Shown in pieces: positions 46,201 through 54,219 of a stretch of 54,739 nt of DNA. A program made the translations under genes and the position numbers. The DNA is from Alphaproteobacteria bacterium (GTDB lineage Bacteria; Pseudomonadota; Alphaproteobacteria; GCA-2731375): assembly GCA_028824965.1 (NCBI GenBank), contig JAPKBD010000001.1:1-54739 (forward strand). The letters are read 5' to 3'. The notes beneath the pieces were generated by a model, which was not told where the DNA came from, did not search any database, and saw only the letters and a list, made by a program, of their open reading frames with translations. The number at the start of each line of letters is the position of its first letter. Within the stretch, counting starts at the first letter, position 1.

Positions 46201-46967
46201 GCAAGCACCACCGCGCTGCCCAGGCGCAGCTTCAATTGCTGGGAAGCGTTGCCTTGATTGACGGCAATTTCAACCAGCCCATTGGCGTTTTCATACCAGA
46301 ACGGCTGGCCGACAGGGACATCGCCAAAGGTATGTGCACGGGACAATTTATAGTCACCGACGCTGATGATCTGGTTTTCCGCCAGCCCATCGGCGCGCAA
46401 TCCTATCATTGCGTTACCGAAACTATCGAGATAAATCACCTGATCCAGATCGTCGGGCCAGTCGGGGTGACGCCACAGGTCATCAGCCAAATCCGTTGCG
46501 GCGACGCTTTTTCCACAGGCGTAAGCGGCTGCGACCGGGGCAAACAGGTCGCGGCCATGAAATGACGGCGACAGACGCTCAGGTTGCCAGGTTATGCGCT
46601 GGGCCGAATAGCCCCCATGGTCCGTAGCCCGACGGGCGACAATTTCGAACAGTCCGTTGCCCGGCCCAACGAAGACATGGCCGCCGGTACTGAGAACCAT
46701 ACCGGGGCGGTCGCCACCGACGCCGGGATCAACCACACAAAAAAAGATCGTGCCCGGGGGAAATGCCCCGCCACCTGTAACGTGCGCTGCCAACAAATAG
46801 CCCGCCGCCATGGGATTGTAGGTCGGTGCGTCGGCAAACAGATCAATGACCGGAGAGCCTGGCGCATGGGCATGCAATACGGCGTGCATTTGACCCATAT
46901 AAGAGCTGCCAATCCCAAAGTCCGTGAACAATACGATCATTGGCCCAGGTGTCGTTGGAGAGGTCAT
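46197..46967 (-). CDS. SAM hydroxide adenosyltransferase family protein (DUF62; fluorinase/chlorinase superfamily)
   Basis: LFTDFGIGSSYMGQMHAV, VVDPGVGGDR and SFHGRDLFAP. The Asp-Arg-His hydrolase triad context is present. The stop overlaps the NDH-2 stop (TTAA at 46197-46200). Confidence 0.85.
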   Translation of the reverse strand: MTSPTTPGPMIVLFTDFGIGSSYMGQMHAVLHAHAPGSPVIDLFADAPTYNPMAAGYLLAAHVTGGGAFPPGTIFFCVVDPGVGGDRPGMVLSTGGHVFVGPGNGLFEIVARRATDHGGYSAQRITWQPERLSPSFHGRDLFAPVAAAYACGKSVAATDLADDLWRHPDWPDDLDQVIYLDSFGNAMIGLRADGLAENQIISVGDYKLSRAHTFGDVPVGQPFWYENANGLVEIAVNQGNASQQLKLRLGSAVVLA

Positions 46968-46991
46968 GGGCGCGCGGTCAAAAGGGGGCGG

Positions 46992-48446
46992 TCACGGCGG
47001 CGCACCCGGTAGTTCGATGCGAAAGACCGTACCCCCATTGCTGCAACCAGGATCACCGCTGCTAAGCAGTGTCAGATCCCCACCATGGGCTTGGACTAGC
47101 TCTTTGGCGATCGTCAGGCCCAGGCCCGTACCGCCCGCCCTGGCTGAACCTGTAAAGGCCTCAAACAAATGTTCCCGTGCGCGTTCCGGCAGACCGGGGC
47201 CATTATCACTGAATTCTATGATCACACCGGTATCGCCCCACTCAGCCGCGATGGATATATCGCCCTGCCGTTCCTCTGGCGTTAAAGCTTGAATAGCGTT
47301 GCGGGCCAAGTTTATCAGAACACGAAACATCTGCTCCCGGTCCGCATTGACGACCATGTCTTCGCCCACCAGGTTTCGCCAGGAAATGCTGCCATCGTCC
47401 GGCAGACCGGCAGAGCCCGCCACATCGTCGACCAGTGCGCGCAAAGAAAATGCCGTAGGGTTTGGTGCCGCCTCATCCGCGCGCCCGAAACTCAACGATT
47501 GGCTGCACAGATCTATGGCCCGATCGATGGATTTCATCAAACGGGGGGCGATCTTTCGCACCGTCGGGTCCTCCACCTCGCCCAGACGGTCGGACACCAA
47601 TTGTGCCGTAGCCAGGATATTGCGCAGATCGTGATTGATCTTGCTAACCGCAACGCCAAGAGCGGCCAGGTGGGCTTTTTGGGTCAATGCTGTACGCAGG
47701 CCGTCCTGCATATGGCGCAGCTCCCGCTGGGCGGTACCGATTTCATCACCACGGCGACTATCCGCGATCACGGCGTTGGCATTTTCAGGTGCCTTGCGAA
47801 ACGCCACCATGGAGGCGGTAATGCGCCGCATGGGCAGGACCATCAACAAACGCAGGGACAAGAAAACCAACCCCGCCGTTAGCAACGAGATGACAAAGGA
47901 CAATTTCACAATATTGGTGGAATAGTCGATCATCGCCTTATGCAGCAACGCCTCATCCACAATCACATCCAGGCTGCCTGCAGACTGATCGGGGAAACTT
48001 CCCACCACACGTAATGTACGGTCCCCCATGGCCAGAGTGGTGAAGGCATCGACGATCAGCTGCACCGCGCCAGCTCCGCGCAAGTCATAGGTAACGTCCA
48101 CTTTCGGGGGCATTTCCTCCATCAACATCATAGTTCGCACTTCGCGCCGTTTTAGGACTATGCCCCGGACCATGGCATTGGACAGTAGCTCCAACACCAA
48201 TGATTTGCTGACCACATTGTCCGGCGTCACCTTGAAAACGAGGGAGGCCAGATGAGCATCGGCGATCCGGTGTTCCAAAAATGTCAGGCGAAACCGGGCG
48301 ATGGAAGGGACATAGATCAACACTTCGCTGAGCATAACAAACACAGCCGTGAGGATTAGCAAACGCGCCGACAGGCCGCGCAGCCAACCGGGTAGCGCAT
48401 TGGGTAAAGCGCTCTGTGTATTTTGCGGGTCTTGTGTGTTTTCCAT
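46992..48446 (-). CDS. Membrane sensor histidine kinase (2 TM, HAMP-like linker, HisKA + HATPase_c); no adjacent response regulator
   Basis: H-box SKINHDLRNIL, N-box LINLARNAIQA, G1 DNGPGLP, G2 GGTGLGL. Confidence 0.9.
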   Translation of the reverse strand: MENTQDPQNTQSALPNALPGWLRGLSARLLILTAVFVMLSEVLIYVPSIARFRLTFLEHRIADAHLASLVFKVTPDNVVSKSLVLELLSNAMVRGIVLKRREVRTMMLMEEMPPKVDVTYDLRGAGAVQLIVDAFTTLAMGDRTLRVVGSFPDQSAGSLDVIVDEALLHKAMIDYSTNIVKLSFVISLLTAGLVFLSLRLLMVLPMRRITASMVAFRKAPENANAVIADSRRGDEIGTAQRELRHMQDGLRTALTQKAHLAALGVAVSKINHDLRNILATAQLVSDRLGEVEDPTVRKIAPRLMKSIDRAIDLCSQSLSFGRADEAAPNPTAFSLRALVDDVAGSAGLPDDGSISWRNLVGEDMVVNADREQMFRVLINLARNAIQALTPEERQGDISIAAEWGDTGVIIEFSDNGPGLPERAREHLFEAFTGSARAGGTGLGLTIAKELVQAHGGDLTLLSSGDPGCSNGGTVFRIELPGAPP

Positions 48447-48496
48447 TACAGGGGAAGGTAGCTCATTTCACGCCATTCGCCCATATGATGGTCACA

Positions 48497-48596
48497 AGAG
48501 CAAATTTCAATCAATTGTATCCGCCCATTGCCATCAATGTGATTGGTTCAATTGCTCTTTCTTGAGGGTCTGAGCATGTTCAAAGTGGACATGCTC
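48497..48596 (+). repeat. Copy C of the double-hairpin intergenic repeat family
   Basis: AGAGCAA (48497-48503) pairs with TTGCTCT (48552-48558), extended by CAATCA/TGATTG. The linker is TTCTTGAGGGTC. The second hairpin is GAGCATGT-tcaaagtgg-ACATGCTC (48572-48596), which abuts the MFS stop codon. Confidence 0.75.
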
Positions 48597-49930
48597 TAGC
48601 GTCGATTTCTTCGCGGCCAGACCAGCCAGACGAAGGACAAGACCTGGGCCAATGTTACGGCCATAAACGCCCAAAGATAAGCGATTTTGGGATAGGCGCC
48701 CCCCGCCCCGGCCGGCCATTGTTCAATGATCCAACCCATGCCCCATTGAAAGGCAAAGGCGGTGCCAAACACTAATACATTAGCCGCCGTGTTGGCCCGG
48801 GCCGATTGTTCCAACGGGAAATGCTGAGACAATGCTGCAAAGACCAGAGCGGTAAGAATCACGACAGCACCGACAAAACCCCACAGCAGATAGCGCGACG
48901 GCAATATGTCGGTGATCAGGAAGAACATGCCCAGAATGGAAAACAGTCCGGCAAAGCCGCAGACCGAGGCCAGGTCAAAGCCCAGGCGTTGCAGAAAGGC
49001 GGCAAACAGGCCGCTGCCAATGACACCGATGATCATGCCTATGGCCATAACCGTAAGGTGTGAGGCGACCTCCCTTTGGTTCAAACCATCCACCTCCGAC
49101 AGCCAAGGCCCGGCCCATAAACCCTGAATGGCCATGTAAGACCCGGAGCAAACGGCCATTAAGGGCACAAGACGCCAGAAATATGGATCGCGGTAGATCT
49201 GGCCAATTTCCCTGATTTGGGTACTCAGACGACCCGTCGCGGTGCTGTTGGGCCGTTCGGGCACAACCAACAAAACCAAGGCGGCGACCACCAGGGTAAC
49301 ACCGGCCAACGCCATAAACATATCCCGCCAATCCATGGTCTGCATGGCGATTTCAACCGGTGCCGTCGCCGCCAGAACGCCCATGCCGCCACAGGCAAAG
49401 TACCAACTATTGACCAAAGGGACGCGCTTTAGGGGAAACCATAAAACAATACCCTTCAATCCGGCCATCAAACCGCCTGACACACCGAAACCAATCAGCG
49501 CGCGGGCAATGATCAGGGTGCTGACGCTTTCCCCCTTGGCGAATAACAACGCGCCAAGGGCTGCAACGCAATATAGCGTCCCCTGCACCCGGCGCGGGCC
49601 ATAGCGGTCCAGCAACAAACCCAGGGGTATTTGAAAGGCTGCGAAGGCCAAAAAGTATGCCGCCGACATCAATCCCAGATCAGCCGGGCCCAGGCCGATG
49701 TCCTGGCGCAGGTAAGGTGCGACAACCGCATTGACGGAACGGTAGAAGTAGGAGAAGAAATAGCCACAGGCGAATGGCATGAAGACAAGCAGCATGGCAC
49801 GCAGCATGCCGGCTGCCGGTGCGTCAGCCAGTTCGGGGGCCGGCTCGCTGATCGGTTCGGTGGGGGTTTCGGTATCTGTTTCGCTGGCGCTCACGGAACA
49901 ATGACTAGAACATGATGGCCCGAAGCGCAA
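48596..49930 (-). CDS. MFS transporter (12 TMS); start uncertain
   Basis: MFS motifs (LLDRYGPRRV). The first ~41 aa of the tracked ORF are low-complexity (SETDTETPTEP). Met42 (49805-49807) is an alternative start. Confidence 0.8.
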   Translation of the reverse strand: MRFGPSCSSHCSVSASETDTETPTEPISEPAPELADAPAAGMLRAMLLVFMPFACGYFFSYFYRSVNAVVAPYLRQDIGLGPADLGLMSAAYFLAFAAFQIPLGLLLDRYGPRRVQGTLYCVAALGALLFAKGESVSTLIIARALIGFGVSGGLMAGLKGIVLWFPLKRVPLVNSWYFACGGMGVLAATAPVEIAMQTMDWRDMFMALAGVTLVVAALVLLVVPERPNSTATGRLSTQIREIGQIYRDPYFWRLVPLMAVCSGSYMAIQGLWAGPWLSEVDGLNQREVASHLTVMAIGMIIGVIGSGLFAAFLQRLGFDLASVCGFAGLFSILGMFFLITDILPSRYLLWGFVGAVVILTALVFAALSQHFPLEQSARANTAANVLVFGTAFAFQWGMGWIIEQWPAGAGGAYPKIAYLWAFMAVTLAQVLSFVWLVWPRRNRR

Positions 49931-49960
49931 ACGCTGCCCCTAACATGTGGGAAGAGATTT

Positions 49961-50929
49961 ATGGACAAGACCCTACTTTTATCAGCAGAAGTTGCCGACG
50001 CCTTGGCGGACAAGCGCGCCGTGGTGGCCTTGGAAAGCAGTATCGTTGCCCAAGGGTTGCCAGAACCGGACAATCTAAGGGTCGGCCACGCCATGCAGGA
50101 TGCCGTCCGCCAACACGGCGCGGTCCCTGCTATGACGGCGGTCCTTGATGGCCGTCTGCGGGTTGGTCTGGATGGTGATGCCATGGCACGCCTGGCCGCC
50201 AGCCCGGATGGCCGCAAGTGCGGTGCCCGGGATCTGGGCCCTGCCTTGGCCCTGGGCCTGGCGGGTGCCACAACCGTATCGGCGACGGTGACGATTGCGG
50301 CCGCTGCCGCCATTGCGGTTTTTGGCACCGGGGGCATTGGCGGCGTGCACCGCACAATGCCCGAAACCAATCCTGGATCAGGTGTTTCGCCAAAAGCAGA
50401 TATCTCGGCCGATCTTTTGGCCATGTCGAGGGCCCAGGTCGCCGTGGTCAGCAGCGGGGCCAAATCATTGTTGGATCTACCCACCACCCTCGAGATGTTG
50501 GAGGCCCTGGGCGTGCCGGTTTTAGGTTTTGGCTGTGATCGTTTCCCGGCATTTTACACCGCTGAAAGCGACCTGGCCGTCACCTACCGCTTTGATGATA
50601 TGGCGTTATTGGCAGCGGCCTTACAGGCCCACTGGAACCTGCCCCACACAGGTGGCGCCTTGATCTGCAATCCACCGCCCGAAGATGTGGCCATGGCCGC
50701 GGATGAGGTTGAGGCTTTGGTGCAGGGTGCGACAAAGGCGGCACATGCCGCTAGGGTCTCGGGCGGCGAATTAACGCCCTTCATTTTGTCCCATATGCGC
50801 CAGGCATCCAATGACCAAACCCTGCGCGTCAATGGTGCGCTGGCCATCGCCAACGCCGGTCTGGCGGCCCAAATAGCGGTAAGTTTGGCGGTAAGCCAAG
50901 CGACCGATTTGCCAGGCAGATCAACATGA
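49961..50929 (+). CDS. psuG: Pseudouridine-5'-phosphate glycosidase
   Basis: AVVALESSIVAQGLP..N ... GGIGGVHR ... DISADL are IndA/PsuG hallmarks. 322 aa. Confidence 0.9.
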   Translation: MDKTLLLSAEVADALADKRAVVALESSIVAQGLPEPDNLRVGHAMQDAVRQHGAVPAMTAVLDGRLRVGLDGDAMARLAASPDGRKCGARDLGPALALGLAGATTVSATVTIAAAAAIAVFGTGGIGGVHRTMPETNPGSGVSPKADISADLLAMSRAQVAVVSSGAKSLLDLPTTLEMLEALGVPVLGFGCDRFPAFYTAESDLAVTYRFDDMALLAAALQAHWNLPHTGGALICNPPPEDVAMAADEVEALVQGATKAAHAARVSGGELTPFILSHMRQASNDQTLRVNGALAIANAGLAAQIAVSLAVSQATDLPGRST

Positions 50930-51576
50930 AGCCGATCCTTTATGGCTATGAATACAGTGTCTATTGCAGAATTGTCTTGGCTGTCTGTCATGAAAAAGGT
51001 GTTCCGGTCGATTGGGTGGAGGTGAACCCTTTCACCGAACCAGTAGGCTATCGGGAACACCATCCCTTTAATCGGGTGCCCGCCTTGCAGCATGACGATT
51101 TTGCGCTGTACGAGACCACGGCCATTTGCCGCTATATTGATGACGTCTTTCCGGGCCGGTCCTTACAACCAAATACCCTGCAGCCAACGGATTTACGCCA
51201 GCGCGCACGCATGGCCCAGATCATTGCTGTCGTCGATGCGTATGTCTATTGGCCCTTGGTGCGTCAGGTCTTCTCCCACCGGGTTTTTGGACCGCGCATG
51301 GGTGAACCCGTTGATGAAGCTGAAATCCAGGCGGGCCTTGCTGCCGCCAAACCGATCTTGGCGGCGTTGGAGGGCCTGGCCTCCGGCGAAGCTTATATTG
51401 TTGGCAGCCAAATTACCTTGGCGGATTTCCATCTGGGCGCAATGATCGACTATTTTGTCGCCGCCGGCGAGGGGGCTAGGATGTTGCAGGATTATCCAAA
51501 ACTGTCGGAATGGTGGTCCGGATTGAAGGGCCGCGACAGCATGATTGATACCAACCCGTTAAAAAATCCAGGCTAA
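50926..51576 (+). CDS. Glutathione S-transferase
   Basis: The N-terminal thioredoxin-like domain has NRVPALQHDDFALYETTAICRYI. A C-terminal helical domain follows. ATGA overlap with psuG. Confidence 0.85.
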   Translation: MKPILYGYEYSVYCRIVLAVCHEKGVPVDWVEVNPFTEPVGYREHHPFNRVPALQHDDFALYETTAICRYIDDVFPGRSLQPNTLQPTDLRQRARMAQIIAVVDAYVYWPLVRQVFSHRVFGPRMGEPVDEAEIQAGLAAAKPILAALEGLASGEAYIVGSQITLADFHLGAMIDYFVAAGEGARMLQDYPKLSEWWSGLKGRDSMIDTNPLKNPG

Positions 51577-52427
51577 CCCAAGCCGATAATGGCCCGCACA
51601 TAGGGCGGCACAGCAAAGGCGGCCTGATGCACCGCCGGGCTGTAATATTGCAAGGTCAGGTCGCGACCAATTTGCCGTGCGGTCAAATCCGCCAGCGATA
51701 CCGCACCTGCATCTGTGCGGTTGGAGGCACAGCCCAGCGCCATGGCGCCGCCCATATAAGTGGGCACGTGGGTGAAATAGAAACGCGGATATTGAAACAA
51801 GTCTTTGAAGGCCTGGGCGGTCGCTTCCAGTTCATCGCCCTGAATGAAGGGTACGCCGTTTTGGGTGACCAGAATTCCCGATGGTGTGAGGCAACGGCTG
51901 CAATTGCCGTAGAATTCCGGACTGAACAAAACCGCGCCAGGGCCGACGGGATCGGTTGAGTCTATGATGATCAGATCAAATCGTCGGTTCGTTTCGGCCA
52001 GAAACTTTGCACCATCTTCAATGCGTAATTCCGTCCGTGGGTCGATAAATGCCTGGCCGCAGATCATGCCCAAATATTCCTGGGCCAGATCAACCACCTC
52101 ACTATCCAGCTCTATCATCGTGACCCGGTCGACGGGATGTTTCAGTACTTCTTCCAAACAACCGCCGTCACCACCGCCGATGATCAGAACCTCGCCCGGG
52201 TTTTCCAGGGCCAGCAAGGGCACGTGAGCCAACATCTCGTGATAGATAAATTCGTCCCCAGTGGTGGTTTGCACCACACCGTCGAGCACCAGAACCCGTC
52301 CCAACAGGGCGTTGTCAAAAATCAAAACTGATTGAAATTCCGTCTGGCCCCGATAGATCAAATGATCCATGCGCATGCCCGCCTGCCATTCAGTATGCAA
52401 GGTTTCGTGAAACCAGGTATCTGTCAT
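51573..52427 (-). CDS. speE: Polyamine aminopropyltransferase (spermidine synthase)
   Basis: YHEMLAHVPL, LIIGGGDGG and IIIDSTDPVGP motifs. 284 aa. The stop overlaps the GST stop (CTAA at 51573-51576). Confidence 0.92.
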   Translation of the reverse strand: MTDTWFHETLHTEWQAGMRMDHLIYRGQTEFQSVLIFDNALLGRVLVLDGVVQTTTGDEFIYHEMLAHVPLLALENPGEVLIIGGGDGGCLEEVLKHPVDRVTMIELDSEVVDLAQEYLGMICGQAFIDPRTELRIEDGAKFLAETNRRFDLIIIDSTDPVGPGAVLFSPEFYGNCSRCLTPSGILVTQNGVPFIQGDELEATAQAFKDLFQYPRFYFTHVPTYMGGAMALGCASNRTDAGAVSLADLTARQIGRDLTLQYYSPAVHQAAFAVPPYVRAIIGLG

Positions 52428-52491
52428 GTTTGCTCAATGCCCAATAAGATATGAGATTGCGTATCGTATCGCATCAGATCATCGGGGAGAT

Positions 52492-52621
52492 AGAGCAATT
52501 TCGATCAATTGTGAATTGCCCAAAGCACGGGTGCGATTCTATGTGCCAAAGGCGATGATTGAAAAATTGCTCTATTCTTAAGAGTCCCAGGCGTTTGAGC
52601 ATTTCCTCGTCGGAAATGCTC
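52492..52621 (+). repeat. Copy B (best-preserved) of the double-hairpin intergenic repeat family
   Basis: AGAGCAATT (52492-52500) pairs perfectly with AATTGCTCT (52565-52573). The linker is ATTCTTAAGAGTC. There is a perfect 10-bp hairpin GAGCATTTCC-tcgtc-GGAAATGCTC (52597-52621). Confidence 0.8.
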
Positions 52622-52663
52622 AAGCGTACCGTTTTATAATAAGGCAAGCCGGATTGTGTCGGC

Positions 52664-53842
52664 CTATTCCCCAGGGGCCTCAGGTTCAGTAGAGCTGGCA
52701 GAGTCCGCAGAGCTTGCAGAACTCGCATCTTGGGATTTTTGACGAATAGACCAGAATCGCATGGCACGTTTGGCGGATTCAATGGGGACTTGATTATACA
52801 GTTCCAACAAATTCGCAACCTCTTCAGGGCTGCGCAATTGTTTCTGTACGTCAGTCGACGAGCCGTTGTCTGCGGCACCGTCGAGCAATAGAACGATGGT
52901 GGAAAACGTGGATAGATCAAACGCCTTGGCCCGACAGGCCACGGCGACCGCCTCATGTCCCGGGGTGAAGACAATGCGCCGGGCGGTTTTTTGATCAATG
53001 TCGGTCAAATAACCCAGGCTGGCGACGAATTCAGGTACCTGGCCGCGGCGCAAATACTGCACCAAGGCATCCTGGTTCAATTGGCCCAGACGCATACGCC
53101 GGCGCACCGCCTTTTCCACCCGGCCCAGATTTTCCTCTTCCTCTTCCGCTTCTCGTAGCATGCCGCTTTCGGCTTCGGCCAAAATCTTGTCTACGGCTTC
53201 TTCGTCCACATCCGTCTTGGTCAGGATATGTTTTTTCAACGCGCCACTAACCCACCAGAACATATTGTGCATCAAGTCGGGGGGCAGATCCTTGCGGCCT
53301 AATAAAGGCTCCTACAGAACCTCGCTGCTTTCGGATCGATCGACAATGGTTTCCATCGCCCTACGGGAAATTTCAGCGCTGTCATTGTTGACCAGGGACA
53401 ACACAACATCGTCATCGCCCTTTGCCACCAGCGCGTCCGAAACATCGGCGGGGACATTTTCACGCAAGGAGATGGAAAGCTGATGTTCCTTGCCCTGTTT
53501 ATTGATGATTTCAACCAGATCCTGATTACTGAGGGCACCGCTGCGTTCCAGCAACGGGCGCGCAACCTGGATTTCATCGCTGGCCAATTGCCGGATCAAA
53601 TCAGCAGGGGCATTGCCCAGATCGGCCAGTCGATAGCTTAACCGGGCGCGCACCTCACGCTCAACCTCCATCACGACCCGGCCCAAAATGTCCGCTGCAA
53701 TGATCTGTTCCTGGTCACTCATACCAGGTCCATCATCCATGAACAGGTCCGTCACACCCTCCAACAGCTCGCGCCGTTTATCGGAAGACGCCTCGTGCGC
53801 GACCTCGATCAGGTTTTCAAGTTTGCTTGTTTGTGCCGTCAT
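52664..53842 (-). pseudogene. DUF2336-family gene interrupted by a single in-frame TAG
   Basis: Tracked ORFs 53312-53842 and 52664-53275 are in the same frame. Reading through the TAG (53312-53314) gives ...SESSEVL*EPLLGRKDLPPDLMHNMFWWVSGAL..., a contiguous ~391-aa DUF2336-like protein. Confidence 0.8.
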
Positions 53843-54051
53843 GCCCTCGTAAAGCCCGCAAAATTGTTACATTCCTAGAACATTAGATTGGGTCATAATG
53901 GTTAAGAAACGTTGATTTTGAAAATGATTTTAATCCAGAGCACTGGACCGTGTGATTATGTTACAATAGGCGCAACAATATCGCGTCATTGTCCCCTTCA
54001 GGGTCCAAAGACTGTCGGAGCAATTCCACATCAAATAAATATGAAGGAAAT

Positions 54052-54126
54052 TGGAGCGGGCGATGAGATTCGAACTCACGACTTCAACCTTGGCAAGGTT
54101 GCGCTCTACCCCTGAGCTACGCCCGC
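54052..54126 (-). tRNA. tRNA-Gly (anticodon GCC), CCA encoded
   Basis: The reverse complement reads GCGGGCGTAGCTCAGGGGTAGAGCGCAACCTTGCCAAGGTTGAAGTCGTGAGTTCGAATCTCATCGCCCGCTCCA. It forms a cloverleaf with a 7-bp acceptor stem, anticodon loop TTGCCAA and T-loop TTCGAAT. Confidence 0.95.
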
Positions 54127-54160
54127 GCCGAGATAGACCCAGCAGTGCCGGGCGGGCAGA

Positions 54161-54188
54161 TATATACTTCATTTTTTCGATCTTGCAA
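54161..54188 (-). promoter_or_regulatory. Putative promoter of tRNA-Gly
   Basis: On the minus strand: TTGCAA (54183-54188), a 16-nt spacer, TATATA (54161-54166), then a GC-rich discriminator (CTGCCCGCCCGG). It lies about 34 nt upstream of the mature 5' end. Confidence 0.45.
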
Positions 54189-54219
54189 GCACCTAAGTCA
54201 CACAATAAAGGATTACTGC

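Noticed and set aside
46197-46967. Interpreting the DUF62 protein as a fluorinase or chlorinase (SAM-dependent halogenase), possibly linked to the halohydrin-dehalogenase-like gene.
   Set aside because: It retains the Asp/Arg/His context (VVDPGVGGDR, FHGRDLFAP) characteristic of hydroxide adenosyltransferases, and it lacks any obvious fluorinase-type loop insertion. It lies 26 kb from the HHDH-like gene in an unrelated operon.
52474-52998. The 174-aa minus-strand ORF between DUF2336 and speE, considered as a candidate speD-like gene.
   Set aside because: Most of it is an out-of-frame overlap with the DUF2336 coding region. The remainder simply runs across repeat copy B. It shows no similarity to SAM decarboxylases.
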